From an uncultured Candidatus Saccharibacteria bacterium (GTDB taxonomy: Bacteria > Patescibacteriota > Minisyncoccia > Phycocordibacterales > PALSA-1337): a stretch of DNA of 64,000 nt. Made by a program: the position numbers and the translations under genes. The stretch spans positions 7,484 through 71,483 of the forward strand of contig CAYOTK010000005.1 of NCBI GenBank assembly GCA_964406895.1, written 5' to 3'. Positions within the stretch are counted from its first letter, which is position 1. Each line of letters opens with the position of its first letter. Below, in pieces: positions 48,876 through 56,971 of the stretch. The notes beneath the pieces are model-generated. The model was given only the letters and a program-made list of their open reading frames with translations. It was not told the origin of the DNA and made no database searches.

Positions 48876-49059
48876 TATAGATTGAATTTGATTGATTTTA
48901 TTATCATAATGTGTTAGTATATGGGCGTGTAAGATTCTCGTCCTTACGCGTTAGCAATAATGTACGAGAGGTGCCGCTAGCGCGAATCACTAAGGTTAGA
49001 GTCATAGATTTCAATCTCATGCTCGGGTCTTGTGGAACGTAGTGTGCGGATAAAAGAAA

Positions 49060-49311
49060 ATGTCAAAAAGACTTTTCGTAGGCAGTCTTGCCTGGGGTAC
49101 AACAGATGCAAGCTTGAAGAAACACTTCGAGCAAGCAGGACAGGTTGTATCTGCAACGGTCATCATGGACAAAATGTCCGGAAGATCTAAGGGTTTCGGT
49201 TTCGTTGAAATGTCAACAGAAGCTGAAGCACAAGCAGCCGTTGATAAGCTCAATGGTTCTGAATTAGATGGTCGCAAGATCGTCGTTTCAGAGGCTCGTC
49301 CAAAGCAATAA
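49060..49311 (+). CDS. RRM-domain RNA-binding protein (bacterial Rbp type)
   Basis: RNP2 is LFVGSL and RNP1 is KGFGFVEM. The protein is 83 aa. Confidence 0.8.
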   Translation: MSKRLFVGSLAWGTTDASLKKHFEQAGQVVSATVIMDKMSGRSKGFGFVEMSTEAEAQAAVDKLNGSELDGRKIVVSEARPKQ

Positions 49312-49337
49312 TTAACGGTTTTACCGTTGGTTAATAC

Positions 49338-49368
49338 AAAAAACGACTTCGCAAGAGGTCGTTTTTTG
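49338..49368 (+). terminator. Rho-independent terminator downstream of the RRM gene
   Basis: AACGAC-ttcgcaagag-GTCGTT stem followed by TTTTTT. Confidence 0.6.
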
Positions 49369-49400
49369 TAATTGTTTGGGATTTGAGATAAAATAATATC

Positions 49401-50300
49401 ATGACCCCCCAAACCCCCGAAACACCACAAACCCCACCATCCACTCAACCCAGAGAAGGTACTCCAGAACCTACAGTCACAAACATGGCACAATCTCAAT
49501 CTCCTGAAAAACCACAAAAAACACAAGAAGAACTAAGAGAAATATGGCAACAAAGAATACAAGATATACGTAAACGAGGGGAAGAAATGCTAGATGAATA
49601 TGAGAAAAAAGTAAAAGAAGGAGAATTCAAAGATAAACCAGGTGAAGAACCAGGAAGTGGTAATAAAAGAGATATAGAAGCACAAGCAGAAATCACTCAA
49701 GTAATTGAAAGAGGAGAAAGAATGAAGAATAAGCTAGATAGTAATGAAGAACTGCCTCAGGAATCACCAGATATATTACCATATCTCGGAAAACAATATG
49801 ATTTGGAATTATCTCTAGGTATGTTCGGCACCCCAGAACACGGATTCAAGGGTATATACATTAATCCAAGAGATCAAGACTACGAAACACTCAAGAAGGA
49901 CACTGACCCAAAAAAGTTTGGTGAATATACTCTAAACCCAGACATGCAAAACGTAGACTTCAAAAACATACCAGAAAACAAGATACACATAATCGACCTA
50001 CCACAATTCGCAGGAAAACCACGAGCTGAAGTTATTGAACACATCCTTAAAATGTACCCCAACCTCAAACTTCCAGGACTGGAATACTGGGAATGGTTAG
50101 GAAAAAACCCAACCAAAATCCCAAAAAAAATACAAGACACAACACTATGGTTCTACTTCCCAGGTTCCCTCGTTCGTAATTCCGGTGGCGATTGGTATGT
50201 TCCTTGTGCCTACTGGCGTGGTTCAAGTTGGAATCGTAGTGCGCATTGGCTTAGCGGTTCTTGGGATGCTGATTACCGTTTCGTCCTCCTCGAGATTTGA
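49401..50300 (+). CDS. Hypothetical protein with Pro/Thr/Gln-rich low-complexity N-terminus
   Basis: It is an ORF of 299 aa. The N-terminus is MTPQTPETPQTPPSTQPREGTPEPT…, followed by a charged coiled region and a Trp-rich C-terminus. No recognisable family. Confidence 0.4.
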   Translation: MTPQTPETPQTPPSTQPREGTPEPTVTNMAQSQSPEKPQKTQEELREIWQQRIQDIRKRGEEMLDEYEKKVKEGEFKDKPGEEPGSGNKRDIEAQAEITQVIERGERMKNKLDSNEELPQESPDILPYLGKQYDLELSLGMFGTPEHGFKGIYINPRDQDYETLKKDTDPKKFGEYTLNPDMQNVDFKNIPENKIHIIDLPQFAGKPRAEVIEHILKMYPNLKLPGLEYWEWLGKNPTKIPKKIQDTTLWFYFPGSLVRNSGGDWYVPCAYWRGSSWNRSAHWLSGSWDADYRFVLLEI

Positions 50301-50394
50301 TTCTTGCCCAGCCCGAAGGGCTGGTGATGTCTTCCTGCCTTTTTGATTCTTGAATTCTTGAACTTTGATCTGCGATTTGGTTTTTTTATTTGAA

Positions 50395-50436
50395 GGTCGA
50401 ACCTCCATGAGGACCGACCCTGATTTTGTTTTTTTA
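50395..50436 (+). terminator. Rho-independent terminator (nested GC stem + T-tract)
   Basis: GGTCG-aa-CCTC-cat-GAGG-ac-CGACC followed by ctgaTTTTgTTTTTTT. Confidence 0.5.
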
Positions 50437-50456
50437 TGTAATCGCGTTTTGAGTCT

Positions 50457-50583
50457 TGCACCCCATCACACTGCTGTATTTTGGATACATGGAAATTTTC
50501 TGCAGAAAATTCCCTAATCCTCAGCATTTTTCTGCTGAAAAATGCTTGCGGTGTGTCCAAAATACAAGAATGTGATGGGGTGC
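50457..50583. repeat. 127-bp inverted-repeat element (31-bp imperfect terminal inverted repeats enclosing two palindromic hairpins)
   Basis: tgcaccccatcacactgctgtattttggatac … gtgtccaaaatacaagaatgtgatggggtgca. The internal 18-bp perfect palindrome is aattttctgcagaaaatt, and the near-palindrome is catttttctgctgaaaaatg. Confidence 0.6.
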
Positions 50584-50668
50584 ATAAGACATCATGTAAT
50601 TAATCACAAAATTGTCTTGTTATAAAAAACGATTTCTCAATAACAAAATAATCTGCTAAAATTACTTC

Positions 50669-51364
50669 ATGAAAAAAATAAATCAAAATCACTATTTCTC
50701 GAAATCCGATATTCACGGAGTGGACATTGAGTCACATTTACAAGAGATCAATTCCGAATTCAAAGCAGGTTTCGAATTTGTCAAAAAATTTCCAAAATCC
50801 GTTTCTATATTCGGCTCATCTAGAGCAAAACCAGGTACGTCCAATTATCAATTGGCAGAAAAGCTCGCAGAAAGAATAGTATCTGAACTCAACTATGCTG
50901 TCGTTACAGGTGGTGGCCCAGGTATTATGGAAGCAGCTAACAAGGGCGCAAAACTCGCTCATGGTCATTCAGTCGGCATGAATGTTAGTTTGCCACACGA
51001 GAGAAAGCCAAATGATTTCCTAACAGACGAAATACACTTCACATATTTCTTCGCGAGGAAGACCATGCTTACATTCGCTGCTGAAGCATACATATTCATG
51101 CCAGGAGGTTTCGGAACCTTCGATGAATTATTTAGCATTCTTACACTTATTCAAACAGGCAAAATACCACGCGTGCCAGTTATTTTGTTCGGCTCTTCAT
51201 TCTGGGACCATTTGAGAACTTTCATAAATGAACAAATGATAGCAAAAGAAAATGCAGTTGATCCTGATTGTCTCGAATTTATAGAAATTACAGATTCAGA
51301 AGAAAGAGTCATAGAAATTATTCGTAAGGCTCCCGTGTCAGAATGGTGGCGTAGTATCAACTAA
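50669..51364 (+). CDS. LOG-family protein (TIGR00730 Rossmann-fold nucleotide-binding / cytokinin riboside 5'-monophosphate phosphoribohydrolase-like)
   Basis: VTGGGPGIMEAANKGA and PGGFGTFDEL are LOG family motifs. Confidence 0.65.
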   Translation: MKKINQNHYFSKSDIHGVDIESHLQEINSEFKAGFEFVKKFPKSVSIFGSSRAKPGTSNYQLAEKLAERIVSELNYAVVTGGGPGIMEAANKGAKLAHGHSVGMNVSLPHERKPNDFLTDEIHFTYFFARKTMLTFAAEAYIFMPGGFGTFDELFSILTLIQTGKIPRVPVILFGSSFWDHLRTFINEQMIAKENAVDPDCLEFIEITDSEERVIEIIRKAPVSEWWRSIN

Positions 51365-52590
51365 TCTTTCCTGACGGTAGTTATAAACACAATCCAGCTT
51401 ATAAGCATCATAACTCCCGCTATATAGATAGGCGCTATTGCAGATATTGTCGCGGCTAGCACACCTGCAATGATCGGTGGAGAAGCTTGGGCTAAGGCTT
51501 GCACACTACTGTTGATGCCAAGAATTTCACCTTGAATATCATTATCAGCTCTCTGACTAGCCAAGCTCGGTATAGCAGCCATACTTATGCCATTTGTAAG
51601 AGCAAATAATGCGCCGACAATGAGTAGGCCGATCAAACTTTGTGTAATACAGAATACGAATATAACTATCGATCCTGCAATGAGATAGAATTTGAGCAGA
51701 GTATGTTCATCGAATTTTTTTGTTAAGAATCTAAGTACAAATACTTGAGTGATGACTACCCAAATACCGACATAGCCGATGAAATAACCAACATTGACTT
51801 GATTGAATGAAAATCTATTTATGAGAAAAACAGAGAAGAAAGTGGCGAATAATGCAAGGCTCGCTTGGAAGAAGAAGTTGGTGGCAAATATTGATCGCAA
51901 TTTCTTCATGCCATATGCCTGAATGATATGCTCAATTGCTTTGTGCCATGAGATAGTGAGCTTGTTGTGATTGACTCTTGTTTCTCTCAAATATTTGAAA
52001 ACCAAAAATGCATTTGCAAAAGACAAAATAGCCGCGAACCAAAATGGAGTAGATGCGGTGAACCAAGGAATCAAACTGTTGTCTGATAGTAGGCCGCCTA
52101 TGACTGGACCAATTATGAAGCCGACACCATATGCAGCACCGATCAAGCCGAATTGTTTCGCGCGATCTTTCGGCGGAGTTATGTCGGCGATTGCGGCTTG
52201 AGCGACAGATAGGTTGCCACCAGATATTCCGCCGATTATTCTCGATACGAATAATAGAGTTAGACTTTTCGAGAAGACACCCAATGCAAATATGACAAAT
52301 GAAAGACCTGTGCCAAAAAGTGATGCAGTTATTATTTTCCTACGACCATAGAAATCAGAATATTCACCAAGAATTGGTGTCGAGAAAAATTGAATAATAG
52401 GGAAAGTGGCGATGAGTAATCCTAGTATCAAATAACTGTATTGTATTGGGACTTGGGCTGGTAGTAGATAAAATTGTGAATCAGGATTGGCTAGAAGTTG
52501 AGGCACTATAGGTACTAATATGCCGTTACTGACAAGGTCAAGAAATATGGCCATAAGAACTACGGTCAATTCTCGACTTGGTTTTTTCAT
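51361..52590 (-). CDS. MFS transporter (drug:H+ antiporter-like)
   Basis: It has 12 TM helices and the MFS motif GxLaD-like G…DRxGRR (EYSDFYGRRKII). The start was trimmed to the internal Met (MKKPSRELTVV) because the longer ORF reads through tRNA-Leu. Confidence 0.6.
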   Translation of the reverse strand: MKKPSRELTVVLMAIFLDLVSNGILVPIVPQLLANPDSQFYLLPAQVPIQYSYLILGLLIATFPIIQFFSTPILGEYSDFYGRRKIITASLFGTGLSFVIFALGVFSKSLTLLFVSRIIGGISGGNLSVAQAAIADITPPKDRAKQFGLIGAAYGVGFIIGPVIGGLLSDNSLIPWFTASTPFWFAAILSFANAFLVFKYLRETRVNHNKLTISWHKAIEHIIQAYGMKKLRSIFATNFFFQASLALFATFFSVFLINRFSFNQVNVGYFIGYVGIWVVITQVFVLRFLTKKFDEHTLLKFYLIAGSIVIFVFCITQSLIGLLIVGALFALTNGISMAAIPSLASQRADNDIQGEILGINSSVQALAQASPPIIAGVLAATISAIAPIYIAGVMMLISWIVFITTVRKD

Positions 52591-52612
52591 AGGGGATATT
52601 ATAGCAGATTTT

Positions 52613-52699
52613 TGGTGCCCGGGGTGGGAATCGAACCCACATGACCTTGCGGTCGACAAATTTTAAGTCTGTTGCGTATACCAATTTCGCCACCCGGGC
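52613..52699 (-). tRNA. tRNA-Leu (anticodon TAA), type II with long variable arm, CCA encoded
   Basis: Reverse complement: GCCCGGG-TG-GCG-AAATTGGTATA-CGC-A-ACAGA-CTTAAAA-TTTGT-CGACCGCAAGGTCATG-TGGGTTCGATTCCCAC-CCCGGGC-A-CCA. Confidence 0.8.
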
Positions 52700-52758
52700 C
52701 CTCTAGTTCTTGCTTCACTAAATGACCAATAACCAATAACCAAAAACTATTGGGGGGA

Positions 52759-52830
52759 GGCCACGGCGAGAATCGAACTCGCGCATAGCAGTTTTGCAGA
52801 CTGCTGACTTACCACTTGTCTACGTGGCCA
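52759..52830 (-). tRNA. tRNA-Cys (anticodon GCA)
   Basis: Reverse complement: GGCCACG-TA-GACA-AGTGGTAA-GTC-A-GCAGT-CTGCAAA-ACTGC-TATG-CGCGA-GTTCGATT-CTCGC-CGTGGCC-T. The discriminator is U and CCA is not encoded. Confidence 0.75.
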
Positions 52831-52840
52831 CAAAAGTATT

Positions 52841-53167
52841 CTATACTTTCTCGGCAATCTCGTCTATACGTTGACGATTTTTCTCTCCTATATCAATTTT
52901 GACATCGAAGAATGGAACGAAGGCAATCCTAGAATTATCCATTACATATTGTCTGAAATCTCCCAATCTCCTATGAATGAATTCTACGGCGCTTTGTTCT
53001 TTATCAACCGGCAGAACAGAAATCAATATTGTAGCTTTTTTTGCGCGACTATTGAGGTCAATATCTGTAATAGTAATCAGGGAAGTTCTATTCGATTCTC
53101 TGGAGAAGAAATCAGCTGCAAGTTCTCTCAGAATTTCTTTCTTTTTGTTTTCTTTGAGTTCAGACAT
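52841..53167 (-). CDS. rbfA: Ribosome-binding factor A
   Basis: It is ~108 aa, lies directly downstream of infB and has an RbfA-like KH fold sequence (…RTSLITITDIDLNSRAKKATILISV…). Confidence 0.6.
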   Translation of the reverse strand: MSELKENKKKEILRELAADFFSRESNRTSLITITDIDLNSRAKKATILISVLPVDKEQSAVEFIHRRLGDFRQYVMDNSRIAFVPFFDVKIDIGEKNRQRIDEIAEKV

Positions 53168-53168
53168 A

Positions 53169-54746
53169 TTAGTTTGTTTTTTCTACGGTTTTGACACATT
53201 CTATGCGATCACCGACTGCAATTTCAATTTTTGCTTCAACAAGTAAGCCGAATTCATGACCCTCCGCAACTTCGCGAGTTTTGACTTTCTTCTCTTGAAG
53301 CTCGCGTATTTTGCCTCGTCCTATCTCACTTTCTCTGCGCATGATTCTGACATCATTTCCGCTTTCTATTGTACCCATCTCGACTTTTCCACCGATGACT
53401 TGCCTATCTTTTTCCTTTGAGAATAATGCCAATATTTTGGCACGTCCTGTAACTTCTTCAATGTAGACTTTTGGTACTCGGGATAATAATGTTTCTTGTA
53501 CGAATTCTGTTAGATTATAAATGATATTGAAGGACTTAACGATAAGTGGTTGAGAAGATCTTTCTATGATTGCTCCTGTTTTCTTATCTGGTTTTGAATT
53601 GAAACCGATGACAATTATATCTTTATCACCTTGAGCGATCTTTATATCGTTTTCATTGATGTCGCCTATACCTTCTGATACTATTTTTATTTTAACTTTC
53701 TCATTATGTATTTTCTCCAATTCATGTCTTATACCATCGAGACTGCCAATAGCGTCTGCCTTGATAATGATTGGTAATATTATTGGTCCATTTTGTTCTG
53801 CGTTGTCTGAGGAAACTTGTGCTGGGTGTTTGGCCACAGAAATTTCTGCTTGCTTTTGGTTGGCATTTATTTCGGCTCTTCTTTTGTCCAAATATTCATT
53901 GTATTTCTCCTCTGCTTCTTTTTTGTTTTTTACTACCGAGAATACTGATCCACATATTGGCACTTTATTCCAGCCTAGAATAGATACAGGCATAGAAGCT
54001 TGTGCAGATAAAATTTTCTCACCTTTGAAATTTTCTATGAATCTAATAGGTGCATAAGCATTGCCTGTAGAAACATAATCACCAATATTGAGTAGACCGT
54101 CTTTGATAAGAAGTGTTGCAGATATGCCTTTTTTGGAATCTCTGTTTGCTTCGATGACAAGACCAGAAGCTGGCAAGGATTTGTTTGTTTTGAGTTCTGT
54201 GATTTCTGATAGTAATATAACCATGTCCAATAATTCCGTTATGCCTTGTCCTGATATTGCTGATATGGACACGCACGGTATATCACCACCCCAACCTTCG
54301 ACGTAGATTTCATTCTCGCCTAGACTTTGTTTTGTCTTATCAATATTTGCATTTGTCTTGTCTATTTTTGTAATCGCTACAATATAGGGGATTTTTTGTT
54401 CGAGAATATTTTTCAAGGCTTCAACAGTTTGGGGTTTGACTCCGTCTTCCGCAGAAACAACGAGAATTGCTACGTCTGCCGCTTGTGTGCCTCTTTCTCG
54501 AATAGAACAGAATGCTTCGTGTCCGGGAGTGTCAATAAATGTTATTAGATTTTTGCTACCTTCTGGACTCAAATGTTCTGCTTCGTATGCCCCCATGTGT
54601 TGAGTGATACCTCCTGCTTCGCCCTCAACAACATTGGCTTTTCTGATGTAATCAAGAAGGGTAGATTTGCCATGATCAATATGCCCCATAATAACAACTA
54701 TAGGGGAACGCTTAACATCGCCTGTTTTGGGCTTTTCTGTGGGCAT
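53169..54746 (-). CDS. infB: Translation initiation factor IF-2 (short form lacking N-terminal extension)
   Basis: The G domain has VIMGHIDHGKSTLLD, DTPGHEAF and ITKIDK, followed by IF-2 beta-barrel and C-terminal domains. Confidence 0.85.
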   Translation of the reverse strand: MPTEKPKTGDVKRSPIVVIMGHIDHGKSTLLDYIRKANVVEGEAGGITQHMGAYEAEHLSPEGSKNLITFIDTPGHEAFCSIRERGTQAADVAILVVSAEDGVKPQTVEALKNILEQKIPYIVAITKIDKTNANIDKTKQSLGENEIYVEGWGGDIPCVSISAISGQGITELLDMVILLSEITELKTNKSLPASGLVIEANRDSKKGISATLLIKDGLLNIGDYVSTGNAYAPIRFIENFKGEKILSAQASMPVSILGWNKVPICGSVFSVVKNKKEAEEKYNEYLDKRRAEINANQKQAEISVAKHPAQVSSDNAEQNGPIILPIIIKADAIGSLDGIRHELEKIHNEKVKIKIVSEGIGDINENDIKIAQGDKDIIVIGFNSKPDKKTGAIIERSSQPLIVKSFNIIYNLTEFVQETLLSRVPKVYIEEVTGRAKILALFSKEKDRQVIGGKVEMGTIESGNDVRIMRRESEIGRGKIRELQEKKVKTREVAEGHEFGLLVEAKIEIAVGDRIECVKTVEKTN

Positions 54747-54811
54747 GATGTATTACAATACCACAATTTTGAATTTTTTCAAACTTACGATATAGATATG
54801 TTTTGTCGGGA

Positions 54812-55291
54812 CTATAGTAACTTCTTTGCTTTCTCTAAGGCTTCTTTTTCTTCGCCGGATAATTCATGTTCAGAATCATGTTTGGTGATTGGTTTTGAGA
54901 AGACACTCACATAATCTCTCGAATATAAACTAGAAATGATGACGCCATTACCTTCTTGGTTCAAAAAAGCGGTTGCGAAACTTTGATTACCTCCGCCACC
55001 TGTACCTTTGAATGGATTGAATCTTACAGTATGTACAGACTGAACGCTTTTTCTCAGTCTTTTTTCTACATCGGATAAATATGTTTCTAGTTCGCTTTTG
55101 AATTTCTGCAATTCATTCAGGTCTTTAGAAACTATTTTCAGAGAATCTGAAATATTTTGTGCATTTACATTGACTAGGAAACGACGTAGGCGAAAATGCA
55201 TTATAAGTACGAGTACGAGAAGTATTATGGTTGCGATTGAGAGGATGATGAAGCCAAGCAATATAGGGTTTGAAGAAATATTATTTATCAT
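54812..55291 (-). CDS. Small membrane protein, DUF4446-like
   Basis: It has an N-terminal TM helix, a coiled segment and the conserved-looking RFNPFKGTGGGGNQSFATAFLNQEGNGVIISSLYSRDYVSVFSKPI. The family assignment is from memory and tentative. Confidence 0.4.
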   Translation of the reverse strand: MINNISSNPILLGFIILSIATIILLVLVLIMHFRLRRFLVNVNAQNISDSLKIVSKDLNELQKFKSELETYLSDVEKRLRKSVQSVHTVRFNPFKGTGGGGNQSFATAFLNQEGNGVIISSLYSRDYVSVFSKPITKHDSEHELSGEEKEALEKAKKLL

Positions 55292-55321
55292 GAGTGTATT
55301 ATAACATAGTAGTGTTGAGTG

Positions 55322-55350
55322 GAGGTCGGACCTCTAAAAGGTCCGACCTC
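55322..55350. repeat. GC-rich palindromic hairpin repeat, copy A (GAGGTCGGACC-tctaaaag-GGTCCGACCTC)
   Basis: It is a perfect 11-bp stem. The same unit recurs at 55639-55667, with an extra half-unit at ~55673-55683. Confidence 0.7.
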
Positions 55351-55603
55351 GTATTGCATTCTATTAATAATAGGTGTATTTTATTCGCGTATGCACATTC
55401 CAGTTACTGCTGTGGTCTTCTTCTTCCTTGGGGCCGGAGTACAGTACCGGATCGTGCCGCCAACAGGTCCGTTGCGGCGTGGGCCGAGGCAGAGGAATTG
55501 GGAACGCAACAAAAAACGCCTTGGGATCAAGGGCACGCCTGCAAGGCCCTATACTCCCGGCACCCATCGGGGCGCATGACATTCTCGCGCCACGTTTCTT
55601 CAC

Positions 55604-55637
55604 CCGCTGTTGGTCTCACGGTCGACGGCGGTTTTTT
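55604..55637 (+). terminator. Possible rho-independent terminator closing a GC-rich plus-strand transcript
   Basis: CCGCTG…(16 nt)…CGGCGG followed by TTTTTT. The loop is long, so the structure is uncertain. Confidence 0.3.
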
Positions 55638-55638
55638 C

Positions 55639-55690
55639 GAGGTCGGACCTCTTAGAGGTCCGACCTCCAAAAGGTCCGACCTCGAACTCG
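55639..55690. repeat. GC-rich palindromic hairpin repeat, copy B plus extra half-copy
   Basis: GAGGTCGGACC-tcttaga-GGTCCGACCTC-caaaa-GGTCCGACCTC-gaactcgag. Confidence 0.7.
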
Positions 55691-55744
55691 AGAAAAGTGT
55701 GTTATGATAAAAATATGAAAATTTGGCCACAAAAGAGAATATAT

Positions 55745-56950
55745 ATGGATTATGCTTCATTAACACCCATTGATCCTTGGGTTGTTTCGGAGATGAAGAA
55801 ATTTTCAGGCAGAGAATATGCAAATGCTTCTTCTATATATAAGGAGGGTGTAGCTTCAAAGAAGACTATTGAAAATGCTCGAATCACTATAGGGGATTTT
55901 ATCGGTGCGCATAGTGATGAGATATTCTTTACTTCAGGGGGCACAGAGTCAAACAATATTGCAATACTCGGTGCAGTTGAATCTTTACTGAAGGACGGTG
56001 TGCAATATTCAGAAATGCATATAGTTGTGAGCTCAATCGAACATTCTTCAGTCATTGAGACAGCAAAATATCTCAAATCAAGAGGCGTACATGTGGATTT
56101 TATACCGGTAGACAAGTGTGGTGTTGTTGATTTGGATATATTGAAGAAAAGTTTGAAAGTTAATACTGTTCTGGTTTCTATAATGGCTGTAAACAATGAA
56201 ATAGGCACAGTTGAGCCAATAAGAGAAATTGCGAAAATTGTTAGGGATTATAGGAAATCTTTGCATGAGGATCTTCTCGAAGAAAATATAAACAGGGCAG
56301 CTGATTCTTGGAGAAATAAAATTTTACCTGAATTGGCCAATCACTATCCTCTTTTCCATACTGATGCTAGTCAGGCAGGATTATTCCAAGAATTAAAAGT
56401 CGAAAAGATGGGTGTGCAACTTATGACTCTGGACGCAGGCAAAGTGTATGGTCCACGCGGTACTGGCATATTATTCAAAAAGAGAAATACGCCGATTTCT
56501 CCTATTATTTTCGGTGGAGGACAAGAAAAAGGTTTGCGTTCAGGAACAGAGAATGTTCCTGCGATTATGGGATTTGCAAAAGCTGTTGAATTGGCAAGAA
56601 ATGAAAGGGAATCAGAAACACAAAGACTTCAAGAATTAAAAAATTACTTCATAGATACTTTTAAAACATTGCGGCCTGAAATTATAATTCACGGCGAAGG
56701 CACGGTAGTTTCGCCTCATATAGTGAATATACAAATACCGAAAATAGACAATGAATTCTTCGTATTACAGCTGGATGCGAAGGGTATTTCTTGTTCTACC
56801 AAGAGTTCATGCCTACGCGACGCTGATGAATCATACGTGCTCAAAGCTATTGGTGCTGACACGCACACCTCGATTAGATTGTCCTTTGGACGGTGGTCGC
56901 GCAAGGCCCATATACGCAAGCTTATTCGAGTCATATTGCAATTATTGTAA
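55745..56950 (+). CDS. Cysteine desulfurase (class V aminotransferase, NifS/IscS-like)
   Basis: FTSGGTESNNIAILG … HTDASQAGL, a PLP-lysine region …LDAGKVYGPRGTGILF and a C-terminal Cys region (SSCLRD). The start was chosen at MDYASLTPIDP, because the longer ORF 55610 reads through the repeat region. Confidence 0.7.
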   Translation: MDYASLTPIDPWVVSEMKKFSGREYANASSIYKEGVASKKTIENARITIGDFIGAHSDEIFFTSGGTESNNIAILGAVESLLKDGVQYSEMHIVVSSIEHSSVIETAKYLKSRGVHVDFIPVDKCGVVDLDILKKSLKVNTVLVSIMAVNNEIGTVEPIREIAKIVRDYRKSLHEDLLEENINRAADSWRNKILPELANHYPLFHTDASQAGLFQELKVEKMGVQLMTLDAGKVYGPRGTGILFKKRNTPISPIIFGGGQEKGLRSGTENVPAIMGFAKAVELARNERESETQRLQELKNYFIDTFKTLRPEIIIHGEGTVVSPHIVNIQIPKIDNEFFVLQLDAKGISCSTKSSCLRDADESYVLKAIGADTHTSIRLSFGRWSRKAHIRKLIRVILQLL

Positions 56951-56971
56951 ACCTTTGCTAGTATCTCACCT

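Noticed and set aside
50308-50324. GC hairpin CCAGCCC-gaa-GGGCTGG directly after the stop codon of the 299-aa ORF as the gene's terminator
   Set aside because: It lacks an adjacent U-tract. The convincing terminator is the downstream nested stem plus T-tract at 50395-50436. The hairpin may be a stabilising or RNase-protective element.
51361-52659. MFS transporter ORF extending to 52659 with N-terminus MSTARSCGFDSHPGHQKSAIISP
   Set aside because: The first ~23 codons translate the reverse complement of the tRNA-Leu gene (52613-52699). The start was moved to the internal Met at 52590.
55610-55744. Long N-terminal extension of the cysteine desulfurase ORF (start at 55610)
   Set aside because: The extension translates the palindromic repeat and terminator sequences (…SDLLEVRPPKGPTSN…). 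A conserved-looking start at MDYASLTPIDP (55745) is preferred.
55364-55823. Several 79-98-aa ORFs on both strands inside the GC-rich island (55364-55603 -, 55374-55655 +, 55527-55823 -)
   Set aside because: They overlap each other in all frames, have Arg/Gly/Pro-rich nonsense composition driven by GC content, and have no start context. The region is better explained as non-coding.
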